Under the pieces are notes generated by a model. The model saw nothing but the letters and a program-made list of their open reading frames with translations, had not been told where the DNA came from and did not search any database. The position numbers and the translations under genes were made by a program. DNA of 64,000 nt from Lingula anatina (taxonomy: Eukaryota; Animalia; Brachiopoda): contig CM120643.1 in NCBI GenBank assembly GCA_051362555.1, positions 29,144,848 to 29,208,847 of the forward strand. Reading direction: 5' to 3'. The stretch's first letter is position 1, and every line of letters begins with the position of its first letter. This document shows positions 26,301 to 62,434 of the stretch, in pieces.

Positions 26301-29300
26301 CAAAAGGTAAGTGAAAATTCTCTTTCATAATGCCCCGTTTATTTCCATTTGACTGGGCACCTTTTGTGCAGTTTTGAGATAAATGAAGAAAAAAAAATAG
26401 GTAAGTTACATGATGTGAAATGAAAACTAATTGTTTTGCTCATGCACGTTTTTGCATGACATTCGTGCAGTAGCCATTTCCACATCACCCCCACAGCCAA
26501 AGGCTATACTCTTATCTGCATTGGTTTTGTTGGTTTGTTTTAACAAAATTAAATTAAAATGGACAAGATTAATTTATTAAGTTCTTCAAATATTTTGATA
26601 AAATTTTCAGTACAGGAAAGAAGTTATTAAAATAAATCTAATATTTAAGGGCCTTTTTATAATTATTATTTTTATTATTATTACATTTTGCCTTGATGGA
26701 GATACAGGTGTCCACTCTGAGTGCTGCCCTGTTTAACATATCAATAATAGAAAAATAAGCTGAAACCTCCTTAACTAAACCCCAAAACTCTCCTTTCCCC
26801 AGAGTATCAATTAATAATTAGACTTCAATTTCCATATGAGAAATTTCAAGAATATTTCAAATTGCATTTGGCAGTAAAGATAGCCGAGTTTTAACTCTTT
26901 CTACCCTCCTTCTAGAAGATTTAATTGCTTCATTAACATTAAGTCAAGGTAAATTTTATTGTTCACTTCCAAATAGAAGCCAAACTTTTGACTTGAATCA
27001 CCTTGAGAAATCAACCCCAGCCAGTTTCACAAGAGAACCGAGACTGTATCCAAACTTTTATGCTGATAAAAGGACATTATGTAACAATTCTATAACATTA
27101 CATTGCACATAATGTACTTAATGTAAATTAAACAACCATCAACAATTTGTTATGTTCCTATTATGGATAGAAAGAACCATTCTAAATGTCTCCCAGTCTG
27201 TAGTTGACTATAACAATTGTGCATACAATGAAGACTTGTCTTCACTTTTACATTATCATGAATGATTAGATACAATCAAAATAAATCTTGTCTGTCAATT
27301 TTCTGTGTTTTATTTATTTATTTATTTATTTTTTATTTTTTACAAAGGTAAAACGTAGTGTCCATTATATACAAGGATGACACTTTCAAGGTCACTGTTT
27401 ATGGAGTGCATACCAAATGTCTTGTTATTATTTTAAGAAAAACATGCTACAAAGTTTCTTTTGTTTTGTTTTCTTTTATGTTTTATGTGACTCATGAATT
27501 TTGTCACCTGACAAGAAAAGACACAACAAAGATACAACTGCCAATTTTTTCCTGCAGTTTTTATCAAAGGGTTAAACAGCAGATAAAGGAACTGATGAGT
27601 ATTCAAAAAGACTAGTCTACACCTGTTCATGTCTGCAAAGAGTGTTTTTTGCCTTTACATCCAAATAAAATAATTATAAATGGATCTTACTTGTCTAATC
27701 ACGTTTTCAAGATTGATCCTTTCCAGGCAATCATGACACTATATATATTTATTGACACAAACCTAAAAATAATTTCAGGAAGATTGGGATTAGCAATTTT
27801 AAAGCATGCTAACCAAAAAATTAAAAAAAAAATTAAAAGCTTTTCACCAGATGTGGAAATTTCGGACTCTAGCTTGAAATACAATGCGTGACATTGAGTG
27901 TCATTTAAAGGTTATCATTCCGTTTGTTGGGAGACATTTTTTCCAGAAAAGACATCAAGGTGACTTGTATCCTCCAATCTGTCTTATTTAAAACCCCAAA
28001 TAAAACTAGAGTGACAAGTTTCCTACATAAAGTATGTGCTTTGCAAAGTAAACAAATGTGTTTACATATGTCGCAATTGTAACTGAAAATAATCTTTATT
28101 GCTATAAAAAGCTAGCCAATGAGAGCACCACTTTCCCCAGACGTATGACCTTGTTGATGTCTGGCCTTGTTTCCACCTCTGCCTCATTCATTTTCAGATT
28201 TGGGTGACGACCATGACCAGGAACTGCCACAAATTTCTTTCTTACAAATACAATTGTACATCAAAATTGTCTTTGAAATATGGCTAATTTGATAAATCTC
28301 AGTTCTGACAAGGCTTTTTGTTTTGTTTGCAGTCACCAAAATATTAATTCAATATGCAAACTTATGTCACCTTACAACTCAAACAAACCTTGAAGAGATT
28401 TCGTAATCCACGACCAATTTTTCATGTACTAGTACACATTTTTGGGCAAAAGGCAGTGTGTTTTAACTTAAAGCCCTATCCAAAAATATTAAATATTCAT
28501 TAACCAGGAATATATATACTTCCCAGTCCTAAAGTATTTGAAGTATTGCAGAGTCTACCGTCTATAAATGTCACTGCTCAATAACTGCACTACAGGAATG
28601 TAAGGGGTAGAAAATATAAACAGTACAAGTTTTCTTTATCTTTTGACATCTAATACAAAACATGCTGTCAGAAAATTGACAACATTTTGCAAGGAGAACT
28701 TCCAAGTCATTTGCATATTGCTTTAACAACACTTGGTCAACATCAGTCACATGACACTATTCCACCTTTCACACCAAACACAATATCACACTCTAAACAC
28801 AGCAAATTTCACACTTATTAGCATCTACATTACAACCAACATTTTGCTTCAGCTGAATGTATAAAAAGGGTGACACAAGTTGGCAAAATAAATAAGTAAA
28901 TAAATAAGAATAGCAATAATAAATTTTTCATAAACAAAATTAAAAGTTTTTAAAAGAATTTTGTTTAAAGATGTCCACTTGTATTTACCTTCCATGCTGG
29001 ATAGCCTTCATACATGTGAAATCTTCCCTGCATACACATCACAGACTTGTCTCCAATCTTGCCAAATACCAGACGTCCTGCGTGGCCAGGCACTGAAAGC
29101 AACAGTCACATGATCAGAACACATACCTTTGTGTTTGGAAATATATTTCATATGGTCGCTGAGACCAAGAGGTACTAGAATATATCTATATGTAAGGCTG
29201 AGATAATAATAATAATAATAATAATACATCAGTCAAGTTTGGAGTTCAAAACTCTAGGTTATCTACCTCACCTCTATTTAGGTTACAAGCCAAAAACATG

Positions 29301-30782
29301 CACCACAATCATATCAATAACATTACATGCACACACATATATAAATAAACAATGACCTTTTGGCGATAGACCCCCTTTGTGAAGGAATTTTATATCTCAC
29401 AGATTGCATTAGATTATGCCCTATATCAAAGGCACAATGTACGTACATTAATAAGCGATCTTAAGAAAATCTTTAAGAGAAGTCTAATGAAAATGAATAA
29501 ATAAAAGGATATATACCAGGTAAATACACGCACATGATAACATATTTATTTATGTGTAGGGAATAATAATAATGTTTTGCTCAGAACATTAATCTTCTAT
29601 AACCACTGTAGCATGTTATGCTTCTATGATGTGGGAGATTCGGGGGGAGGGGGGGGAAGGGGGGTGTGGAATGGATTGAGGAAGGGGAGGCAAGAGAAAC
29701 CCACTTGCTCCAGCAAGGGATCTGTCAAGATATCATGGTGAAAATGCCAACGCCTTTAATTTTACATTTGCTGCCCACGAACAAAGTGAAGCAAAACTGC
29801 TTTTAAATTGCATGTACTTGCATTGTACTACCCCCCCCCCCCCAAACCTCCAACCTTTGTAAATTCCCTTTTACCGTAACCTGAATGCATGTTACAGGGG
29901 AAGATCCAGAGCTATTTTCTGACAGTCTTCCAAATTATCTTTGTTGATCCATCCTACAATTTTGACTGTCTTCCAACAGAAAAAAATAGATACCCATCAA
30001 TGTAAACCTGAAAATCTGACCGTCTTCTGGAAGACCCAGAAGACGGCCTAAATCTGCCCCTGTACATGTGTTATTATGTATAATATTACACACACACACA
30101 TTCACCTATGTGCATGGATTGAGTCATAATTGTGTTCTTTATGTTCTGTTCAAGACATCAATCTTACAAATATAACACCTCTGCAGTTAGCTTTGCCTTA
30201 GAATCTATTATGGTAGTCACTAATCAGAAATTCATTTGAGTCTAAGATTGAGTGATAATATGTTTAGTTTTAAGTAGCTTTCCAGGAATTTCTGGATTGG
30301 GATTTAAAAGCCATGCCATCATGCAATGTAATAATGCTACCCTGTGCTGAGTGCTTGTATCCAGTATAAATTTTTTTCTCGTCTATTCATCAGAATAATT
30401 TAGCTATGTGAAATTATGTGTAAACGTGTTTATACACGTGTGTATGTGTGTGCATGTACATGTGACACATGCCTATAGTTTTGTCAGCCCAGTTAATCAT
30501 TAAAAGCACAGTACCAATGACGTACATCATAATCTGTCCATCTTTTTCACATCAAATATACAAAATGCATCTTATGTACTCTCAATCCACAGTGTTATTT
30601 ATCCAGTTAAACAACAGTAATCAATGTAATTTAGCCCACATTATTGGCTGCACTGACATAACAATACATAGCAGACAATGAAAATTTCTTTTCCTTTTTC
30701 CTTTAGACTGCACAACTTGCTTGGTGCCACGTAATCAGTGTACTCGTATAAAGAAATTCTGTTAAGATTTTAATTACCATTA

Positions 30783-30822
<40 letters not shown>

Positions 30823-33800
30823 ATGCATGTGTGTGTATGCTACAAACTACAGTGAAGCAGATATTACGACATATGAGATAAGACAGTTAATGTCAGATCA
30901 AACACTGACTTGTTGCCAAAAGGTGTGTGTATATATACCATAGGTCAAGGAAGGATAAATTAAGCATGTCAGTGAGTAAAGCTGGCATTTACGTAAGTTC
31001 ACAATTAACATATAATTATAACATATACGCAAGGACACACATCCTCTTTTCTTTCCCCAGTTTAGTATCAGAAACCTAATAATCTAGATTCTGGCAATGT
31101 GCATATATATATATATATATCCATAAACCAGAAAAAACAGATGTTTTTAATTTCTCAGCACCATGATCTGAACACCATAGATAACTGCATACAACAAAAC
31201 ACCAAAAATTGGGTCTTGTGTTTCTTTTCAGTATTCGCAGACATAACATTAATTGGCACAATTTCAATGTATTTTTCTAAACACGGCAGAATTCGATCAA
31301 CAAATCATGGCAAAAGGCCATTGTATGAAATATGTTTATATAAGGTTACGATACAATGTCTGACATTTAACAAAATCTGGTTTTTATGGCTTTTTGAGCA
31401 ATTACTAGGAATTTTCTCCATGTAAATGCCATACGACAAATCTCTCATTTATTTGCCACCTGTCAGAATGATTAGATTCTTCTGTGTTATTATGGTGATG
31501 TATACTGGAGACACTTATATGTACATGTAGAGTTTCTAGTTAGGTTTGCATGGCCAGCATAACCTAGAACACACAAACTCTGATGGGGCATTTCACAAGA
31601 GTTTTAGACCAATTATTTGGTCTAATTTGACTCGAGGTAAATCAGATAAATCAGGTGTAGAACAATCCAAGCTTACATATGATCATTATCACACAAAGTG
31701 CCTATAGCTATAGACTGTTTGTCGCCCATAGAGGTCAACCTCACTTCAATTTTAATCTTAAAAGAAGCCGCGAAAGCAGAGCTGAAAACAATTACTTGCA
31801 ACACATTTTTTAACTCTCAGAAAGGTGAAAACTGTCTAATATTAGTCAGCCAGTGAACAAATTATTCCTAAACAATGTCATGGTATGACTGAGGTCTCTA
31901 CAGCAAAGCAATCATCATTATTACTCATTCCATCGATTGTTTGAATAAACCAGTGATATTTGCCATCGCCTGGATTTTTATGGATTTTTACTTCAGGTTG
32001 ATCTCTGAAAAGATCAATATACCTGGTTCTCAGCCAGGATTATCAATTCAGATAAGCTAATGGAGCTGTAGCTTCAAGTTGCATGCAAGTAATTTCAAAC
32101 AACTGTTTTTTTAAACCCTTTCAGGTCATTACCCAACATTGCAACAGGCTGTGAAGTAAAAAAAAAAAAGGCAAGAAGAAAAAGAAAAATCAATGATGTA
32201 GTCATTTGCAAAGAATGTATCATTGTGTTTTCCAGCGTTAAGTTACAGAAGATGAAGGGTCATGATACATAATCAAATATTCAATTATCACAATTGGAGA
32301 TGGAAATATGATTGCAGCGCTTAACACTGGCTTCGTAACAGCACTCAATGCATTCTTCTGCAGCTTACGTTGTCAGACATTCTATACATTTTTATCAGTA
32401 CTCTCATTATGGAGCAATTAGACCCTGATTTCCATCCCGAAGTTAAAATTTTTCACTTTTTGCAATGTACTTATGTACAATGTACGTCCTATGTCGTGTA
32501 TCCACTGATTTGGACAATTTTGATTTAGATTAAAGTTTACTGGGACCTACTAGTTATAAATGGTGGCCATTAAAGTGAAAAGTTGAAAGCAGGGTTTCCC
32601 CAGGATTTGGGGTACAGAGTGTCCAAAATGTGAATATGTAATTTGGTCATTGATTGAAGGGGAGTCCAACCCAAGCAAGCCCAACCAACCAACCAACCAA
32701 CCCAAACTGCATGAACAGAACAACGTAATGATATAAGAACCCATGATTGCTATTTCATCTTCAATAGATTTAGTATATTTTACCTGAACATTCCCAAATC
32801 ATGGAGCGACAGAAGGCTACATTCTTTCCTCCATCATAACCATGCTTATATCATAGTAATTACTCAGTACTTTTTAAAAATAATAATGATTACGTAGTGC
32901 TTTGTTAAGAAAAACTCAAAATAGCTGATTATTTTTTCTAAAAAATTAGTTGCATTTTTTTTATACACAGACAAATCTTGAAAAACCTGAAGTAAATCTT
33001 GGAACAACTTAAAGTGCAGACCACAAGAAGCCATAGCTAGCTGCAATATAATGGCCCTTTTTATTCATAAATGAGTAGGACAGGGATGTATTTACAGAAA
33101 GGCTTTTCCCTTCCATAACAATAGCAAGTACTGGTACCCCGCCATCAGGGGAAACAAGTGCATTTTTCTGCTTAATCAAAACAGTTTACATTTAATTCTG
33201 TTACAATTACTTTTGTACTTGATCCCTTTTCTTAGTCAAAAAAGCTAAACTTCTGGTTTTGTAACTTTTATAACAGACAAAAACTATTATCATCAATCAA
33301 AAAAGAAAAACTCATTCTCCATTACAGACAATGTTCAGACAGTTAAATGGCAATATACGTAGTAATGGCCTTATGTTAAGGTCAAATAAGTGCAAACTGA
33401 AAATACTGGTTTACAAGCTTTTAAAAGAAATTAGTTCATGGCATCCAGATTTTTTTTAAAATTGTTATTCTTATTATTATTTTTGCAAAAAAAAAAAAAG
33501 GCCAAAGACATTAATCTTTGTGCCCCTGAAAATGAAAATAAAATAAAATTATTACTTTTCATGCACCCAATATGAGAAAATTTATCAAATGAATCTACAG
33601 GTTCTCTATAAACTGAAAATTTATGACAAGAGACTGGCAATAACTGACAGCAGCCTTAGTAGGGTCACTTCCAGCATAATTTCCAACTGGCCTCAGAGGC
33701 CCTCAGCACTGTCCAACATCCTCCAAAATATCACATTTCCTGTCATAATTCACTGTGGTGGTCTCATTTACTACCTTGGAAGGTTGGTGGTCACACGGGT

Positions 33801-34428
33801 TAATGATTGCAATCAAGTTGGTCATGTGAGTCACTCTCATGGTATAAATGAAATATCAGTAATACCAGAATGTTATGTTTGCTAGGGAAAGTTTGCAAAA
33901 AAAAAAAAAATGCTACACTATCCTAATTAAATAAAAAAAAAACTCACAAAACTCAGATTTTTATTATATAAATACTTTCCATAACTTGTGAGTGTTACTT
34001 AAAGTGACTAATTAATTCTTCAAAGTATAATTGAAACATGATAGAAGTTACATCTGACGGATGGACAGACAGACAGACAGACAGACACCCAGTCATTCAA
34101 TAACACAGACAGGTGGATGTACAATAACATAAACACACAAGACTTCCAGACAGTTTAAAGTACACAGACACCAGCAGACAACAAGGACCATTTCAAAGGC
34201 TACCATAACATCATTCATCATGGTGACAGCCAATTTGTTACCCTAATAATTCTGCCCTGCCAGCAAATTCCATGAAGGCAAAACCTGGCCTAAAACCCAT
34301 GAATCCACAGGTTAACCCATTTCCCAAGTATCCATTTAGATTTCACCCAAGTTATCCACATGGATATTCACATGGATATGTATACATGTTCACCACACTG
34401 TGAACCTCTATCATGACAAACTGTAAAA

Positions 34429-34472
<44 letters not shown>

Positions 34473-36869
34473 CGTGATGTGACCCCTGTGCAAAAGAGGG
34501 CACCACTATTCACATTTCATTTCATGACACAGAGCCATTAGTTTATTCCAAAATTTTTTTCTGACATATATCTTAGCACATCTTTTTCCCCAGACAAGGT
34601 AATATTTATTGTGGTAAAACATTTCCGACTTTCAACATGAGACCCCCAATGAACGTCCAGCAGATGCTAGCAGACAATCTTACCTTGATCGATGTAAAAA
34701 TTTATCTTACACCTCACAAAAGGAATCAAGGGTATACGAGTTATCATTTCTGTACTGATCGAAGCACTGATTTCTGAATCCTGTCATATGGTTGCGACAG
34801 TCAATTCCCCCATTTTTATCAGCATTCTCTTCATTCTTTTAGTAGATGTTCTGACACCCGTAAATTCAAACACCATAATAGGTTATGCCAATAATTTATT
34901 ATAAATGACCTTTTAGGGGCTTTTTCACAGAAAATTGATACCTCGATCTGTACGTCACTTTGTGAGATTCAAACAGAAAGACATGTTGTAAAGTTAAGAA
35001 ACACTGCTTTTGAATACAAACGTTTTTATTGGACTGAACAACTAAGTGATGGCCACATCATAGCAGACACCTGTCCTTCTAAAACTGGACACATTGTCCT
35101 ATCAGATTCCAGATTGAAATATGGGACGTAAAAATTCAGTAAAAGGTTCTCAAACACATTAATGCCTTGAAACAAATCAATTGATAGGGACTTGCATCCT
35201 TTTTGTTAAGTAAGTTTTATAGTCAGCTTTTTTACGTACGTTTTTTGATGAACCTTTAGGGATAATTTTCACAGCCAACGTCATGCAATTTCTCTCCAAC
35301 ATGATGACTTACCTGTGCTTACGGGAAAGTTTGGAATATCTTTGTATGCCAGACATTCTTTCTCAGACAAGGTTTCGGCTAGCCCGCCTAGGCCACTTCC
35401 ACAGATAATGGCTATCTTGGGTCTCTGTTTTGTGCATGTGAGGACGTATTGGGCGATTTTATCTAAATCTTCATAGGAGTAGCTAGACCTAGAATGAAAT
35501 ATGAAACAAAGTTATAAAAATGTATCAATCTTAAAAACAATGTATCAAACTATACCAATGATGAAATGTAAGATAAATATTTGTAAGTTCTACAAAATGT
35601 ACAGTATATCACATAAGTCAATTTAAAAACAAACCCAGCATTACGCCTACATATCATTGTTAGACGTACAGATGTTGAATTCTCATGTCAAAAATGAACA
35701 AAAAAAATGGTGTCTTCTACCAGCAACAAAAATGGTAAATACTTGACCTCACACAAAAAAAGAGAATATGATACAAGTTTGACATCCAAAATGGGCATTT
35801 TTTAAAATCTGTACCTATAAGCCTAAATATATTTCAGACAAGTTTTGATATAACAGTAGTGACAAGTTTCAGTTGGCAAGGCAGACAGAAGCAAGAGATC
35901 GAGTGTCTTCATTATTAGCTACCAGACTTGGACTTAGTCTTTGTTTCCTTTATTAAAAAAAAAAAAAAGATGTCAGTTCTTCATCCAAGCAGTATAACAA
36001 TACAAACACCAAAGTATATATTTACTTTTTTGAAAAAATGACAAACTGTAAAAAGAAGGAAGTATACGCAAGTCCTTAAATTACAGGACAGTTTTTCTCT
36101 CAGCATTTAACAACACTAAAGAAGAGAAGAACTGGAAACGCATAATCATAATAACAGAGCAATATTATTTTGTTAGACATATAAGAATTTAATTACAATC
36201 CTGGTAAAAGCAATCTTCTTTTATAACTGATGTCAAAAGGTGACAAATGTTTATCAGTAATTGCTGATCACGTGTCACAGACACACCTCCTTTTTAACCA
36301 ATCAGAGCGTGAGATAGGGGACACACAAATTGGCACAACTCCAAATGCCTGAGCACTTTTCAACTTCCAAAAAACCCCGGCTTTACGCTACGTCCTGCCT
36401 AGTCTCGAGTGGCATTTTACCTACAATAAAATAAATTAGCGTTTTCTTTTCTTGACAGCATTCTTTTCTAAAAGTCGTTCTGTCATACACACTTGTCGTC
36501 CTGTTGAAAATATTGTCCAATATCAAGTTGCAATACAAACAACTATATATGAGCCTACAGAGGACGTCTTACCGGACCACTAACCATTTACAGTAAAGAA
36601 TGACACGAAACTGAGTTGCCTTACTGCAGTGTCAAACGGTAAACAGGAGTCTCTGACTTGTTATCGTTACGCCACGCGGTGTCAAAATACCGCCCCTGGG
36701 CACTCGGGTTCAGGTCAGTAGATTCAGTCCAGTTTATGTATTTGTGAAAACATCGCGAAAAACACTCCGTTTTACCACAACAACACAACAAAGATTCCAC
36801 CCGCTTCCTAACTCACCCTAATCCTCGAACGCTTCCGGTAGATATCGTCAAACCAACTACGCCATTCAT
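20207..36869 (-). CDS. PNP: Purine nucleoside phosphorylase (trimeric, inosine/guanosine type), 6 exons, ~301 aa
   Basis: Exons (-): 36869-36817 (MNGVVGL..., least certain), 35488-35313 ([10 protein letters not shown]...IPNFPVST), 29092-28989 ([22 protein letters not shown]), 23581-23406 ([24 protein letters not shown]), 21130-20940 (RFPAM..YD..GPSFET.AE), 20412-20207 ([19 protein letters not shown]). The total of 906 nt is in frame, all junctions are GT-AG, and the catalytic motifs are intact. Confidence 0.96.
21280..21413 (-). mobile_element. Same MITE family, truncated inverted copy
   Basis: GGGGCGGATTGAGGCTGTCTTCTGGGTCTT..GAGGATGGATCAA is the reverse complement of the 18211 copy. Confidence 0.75.
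23191..23436 (-). repeat. Tandem triplication of the 3' end and splice donor of PNP exon 4, spaced by (TTTA/TTTG)n
   Basis: GTCTACCTCTCA.C.TT...TCCCAC.AG.GGGTT at 23191, 23293 and 23400. Confidence 0.9.
29895..30062 (+). mobile_element. Same MITE family, full-length copy
   Basis: CAGGGGAAGATCCAG..TTTTCTGACAGTCTT..GAAGACCCAGAAGACGGCCTAAATCTGCCCCTG. Confidence 0.85.
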
Positions 36870-36974
36870 TGTAAAATTCTGTTATGAATCGACTGAGAAA
36901 AGTGTGTTCTTGAGTGCTGCTCTCTCGCCGGCTTCCAAGTCTGTTATGAGTGGTATAGTTGACCTTGAGCAGGT

Positions 36975-37070
36975 TTTTACGTCAAGTGCGCTCTGACGTC
37001 ACTGTCTTCATTGAGATTCATTCACGAGGTCAAATGTACCGGAAACACTACCTTGTGGTGGATGACGAAA
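36975..37070 (-). promoter_or_regulatory. Likely PNP proximal promoter
   Basis: CpG-enriched region ~100-200 bp upstream of the ATG, with a perfect CRE TGACGTCA (36994-37001), TTACGTCA (36977-36984) and an ETS-like CCGGAA (~37039). Confidence 0.45.
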
Positions 37071-38829
37071 TACAACTATAAACCAATCAAATGGACGGCG
37101 ATGCAGAGCGATCCTTTTTTTTTTTCTTTTTTGCACGTGACTCAGAAACAAATTTGTGAGTAGATGATGAAATTATGAAAATAAGCATATGTGTAGTGCC
37201 ACGTTCACCCCCCCCCTCTTTTTTAATGTCCGAAGAATTCAGACCACACGGAAAAAAATAGTTGAGCAAAGCAAATGTATATAGCAACGGTCAACAAGAT
37301 TAACTGTTTATTTTTCCTATGTAGGACAGAGGGAGTGAAATGTGCTTAGTTTTGTTGGTTTCGCTTGTTATACTGGTTTTCGGAAGGGAGAAGCTAGGGG
37401 GGATGGCCCATGGGGATATCTCCGTAACTTGGGGTAAGGGGGGGGGGGTAATGCCCGCTGTGACCTGGCTTTCCCCCCAGGGTCCGCTGTGGAGCAGAAT
37501 AAATAAACAACAAACAGAGACCACATACCATACAGCGCAAATATCTGCCTATTTAAACTATGGATGAATAACCCGTATAAGCAAACAAGAACATTGTGGT
37601 CACTTACGTACAGCAAGAAATTAGATAATTCTTGATCTACAATTCCTTGCTTACAGACACCGTTTCCACGGTCTTGCTACGCGGGTTTATTTGAAGTGAA
37701 CCGACAACATACGTACCCAGTGCAAGTACCTATAGGCCTTACTACGTACTACTAGTAGGAGTTCGAAGTCTCATATGCGTTAGCATTCCTGTATTTAATT
37801 ATGGCTTCTGACATGCCTATATTTAGCGCAAATAGCATAATGTATAACAAACCGAAAATAAGAGTGCTAATGCATGAATTAAATTTTTGCGTCGAGAGCA
37901 CCTGTCACTCAAAGTACATCTAGCTTGTGCTATTTTGAAAGTTAAACGTGCCTTATATTGCAATAACCCTGTTGTATAATATAATATAATATAATATAAT
38001 ATAATATAATATAATATAATCCTAGGTCTACATGAATCATTTCACTTCCTGCATTACTGTGTGGTTAGCTTTCGCAGCACCAGTCAATGTCGGTTTATAT
38101 CCGTATTGGCGGATGGGTGGAGGGGGTCGAGCAGAGGTGTGAAGGAATACGCGGTTCTTGGTGTGAACATCCGTTTTTAGTTTTTAAATAATTGATATTA
38201 AAATTAGATCTCTCTTTATTACCGTGAAATAGTGTTATCTCAGCGAAATACGAGAATGCGAAGAAACAACGCTTATAGAAATAATCGCATTAAAATGTAG
38301 GTGTCTCCTGAATGTCATGAGTAATGGAGAAGTAATTAATTTCTTTCTCCATTGCATCAGCCGCTAACCTCAAGGTAAATATTTACTTAAGGCTGGCTGC
38401 CGTGCAGGGTTCTAAAGGAGTCAGTCAAGTCGTTATCTCTGGTTGCCTAGGGGATATCCTTACCCTTAAGGTCAAAGCATTTGACATTCTTTGGATTCTT
38501 TCAAAATTTAGAGTGAATTAATATCACCACGTGAAAAACGAAGGTATCTTAACACCCCCTTAAACTGGACGGCGTCCTTCCCGCATCCTTTGTGTGACCA
38601 TGAGACTGGCATCGCTGTGGTCGTAAAAAGGAGGCACAAGCATCGTTTTGGTTGCAAAATGAATGCCAATGATCGACCAGTTGTCAGCACGTAATTTTTT
38701 TTATTTTACCGTCTACGGGAGGCAGAAAGGACGCCATCCAGGGCTTAAGCGACGCAAGAAGTTATAAAGAGAAGGCCTTCTCGTTATAACTTCTTGAGCG
38801 ACGCCATGTCGACCACGAAAACTCCTATT

Positions 38830-39085
38830 GTCCTGACCCCCCCCCCCCCTTCGATTTCTGAAAAAAAAAGCACACCAATGGTCCCCTCTTGAAATTAGAA
38901 TTTTGACTAGCTGGATCATAGTTTTAAGCAGTACCAAAAATGGCACCGTTCGCCCTCTAAAATACCAAAATTTTTCGGGACCCGAAACCCAACGCCAAGG
39001 GGGGGGGGGGGGGGGGGGGGGGGGGGGGCGGCTTCGCATTCGTTGACCCCACCCCCTCCTTCAAATAATCCTGGATCCGCCCCTG
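38830..39085. mobile_element. Partial hAT-like MITE with poly-G/poly-C tracts
   Basis: Ends in CTGGATCCGCCCCTG (same terminus as the 18211 family, different interior); G-run at 38999-39028; left end not found. Confidence 0.5.
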
Positions 39086-40714
39086 AGTACGTTACATGTG
39101 CCAAAGCCATCTAATGGCACTTCTGAATAAATTTAAATGACGTTTTAATTTTAGGTTTCCGGTTTTATTTTAATATATAGGCTAGCTCCACGAGAAAAAT
39201 AAATCACGGGTACATGACTCTGAAGTCACAAACCTTTAGAAATGCAAAACGTAACTTGGAATTAGACCTAAATTAGTAGCAAAAGGGGAAGTGCGCGTCT
39301 GAGCCGAGCTCTTAATGATTTAAGAACCTGTGTAGCCTCCTAATAATTATACTAATAATAACTCTTACAGAATTTGAACCCTAAAGGTTTGACCGCATTT
39401 TTCCATTCAATTTGTTAAAAGTTAGTAACAAGTTTTACAGGTAGGCCTATTCTATCCGGGACTTTTCGCCAGTCAAATTTACCTCGACTTACGAATCACT
39501 GCTTGATCCGTCCATGCCCTTAGATTTTATACCATTTCTTATTTTAATTTCAAAACGATTAGCCCTAAATGTCTGGCTAGTCATTTAATTAAAACACCAT
39601 ATCTTTCTGTACATTTCGTAAGGAACTATCCGCGCCAGGAACTTTAAATTGAGGCGTGTTATAGTATTCAAAGTCTGAATTGGGAAAGGTTATACTGTAG
39701 CAGCTTTGTTGGCCTACTAGATATTAAATTAAAATTACAACTTTGGGACCTTTTCTAACGCGGCTGTATATCAGTAGGTTCAGGAGGTTTTATTGTGTAG
39801 GGATCTTCTTCATCATGCCAGACAGAAAACAATACGAACCGTGCCCGTAATTTTTGTTCGTTATTATTTTAAGATTTTAAGATAATTTCTGTTTAATTGA
39901 AACCGTGAGGCAGCTAGGGCTTACAGTTCCGGGGAAGAAAGTACAGGGCGCTATATGGTATTAATTTATAAAAAGCCAAAAAGACGTCAAGAGCCCCGTA
40001 CACGTGCAGAGTGAGCCACTGCCACCGCCACTGTTTTAAATATTCTTGGCACCCGACTGATCAATCAGTTAAATTAATTTGTATCTCATGATGTTCTAGA
40101 AGAGACGAGGCAATCCGTCTCTTTCTTGTTGTGGTCACAGGCATACATGAGCACAGTGTTTTTATGCCTTTTTATCATTTAAACCGTCCTTTCACTTTTC
40201 AACATGCTGTAAAAACTTGGACATAATACTTTACGTTCGTTATTATGTCCAAGGTAAAAAGAAGCAATTAAGGTGACAAAAATGAAATATTAGTGAAAAC
40301 AATAACTGATAAAATACTGGGTAGATAAATAAAATAGAATAGTAATACGTAGATAAGCAGATAAATAAAAAAAATTAAATAGGCTATCATGTTTTTCAAC
40401 TATTTTAATTGTAGAAATGCGCTTTGGTTAGTAACCGGCCGGCCAACGAACAATGTAGGGCCTACATATATAGGCCTACGTAGGCCTACATGTAGGGCCT
40501 AGGTATAATATGTATGTACTGCGCGGTTTTATAATGCTGTCTTTGAAGTGGACAGGGGAGGAGCAAAAATGGTCGATTAACATCAAAGGCCGTCCCCCCT
40601 CTTATTGTCTCGATTGTCCTGGTTCCGCAACTACACAGTTAAACCACGGACATGTGACACAGATCAGGAGATAAACTTGACCACATGCGGCACAGGGAAT
40701 TCCCTGCCTCGATA

Positions 40715-40770
40715 TGGAGTTGACGCATGCGCACTGAGTTTGTTGTCATCGTTTGAATACCGGGGAAAGA
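40715..40770 (+). promoter_or_regulatory. Likely CEP89 proximal promoter
   Basis: NRF1-like CGCATGCGCA at ~40724-40733 in a CpG-containing patch just upstream of the inferred ATG. Confidence 0.35.
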
Positions 40771-62241
<21,471 letters not shown>

Positions 62242-62403
62242 TAGCAAGGAAGTAAGGGTGTTCCGGGTTCCCTGTGTATTTCTAAGTGTATGGCTTCATA
62301 TGGTACAGGGGATAAATTACTGAGACAGATGCTGACATAATAGCTTTTTGAGAGAGATTTGATATTTTTCTTTTTGTTTAGTTTCTTCTCAATTTCCAGA
62401 CTC

Positions 62404-62434
<31 letters not shown>

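Noticed and set aside
36568-36590. Alternative PNP first exon ATG GTT AGT GGT CCG|GTAAG
   Set aside because: The phase-0 donor gives an immediate stop in exon 2, and the phase-2 frame has no ATG. At most a non-coding exon.
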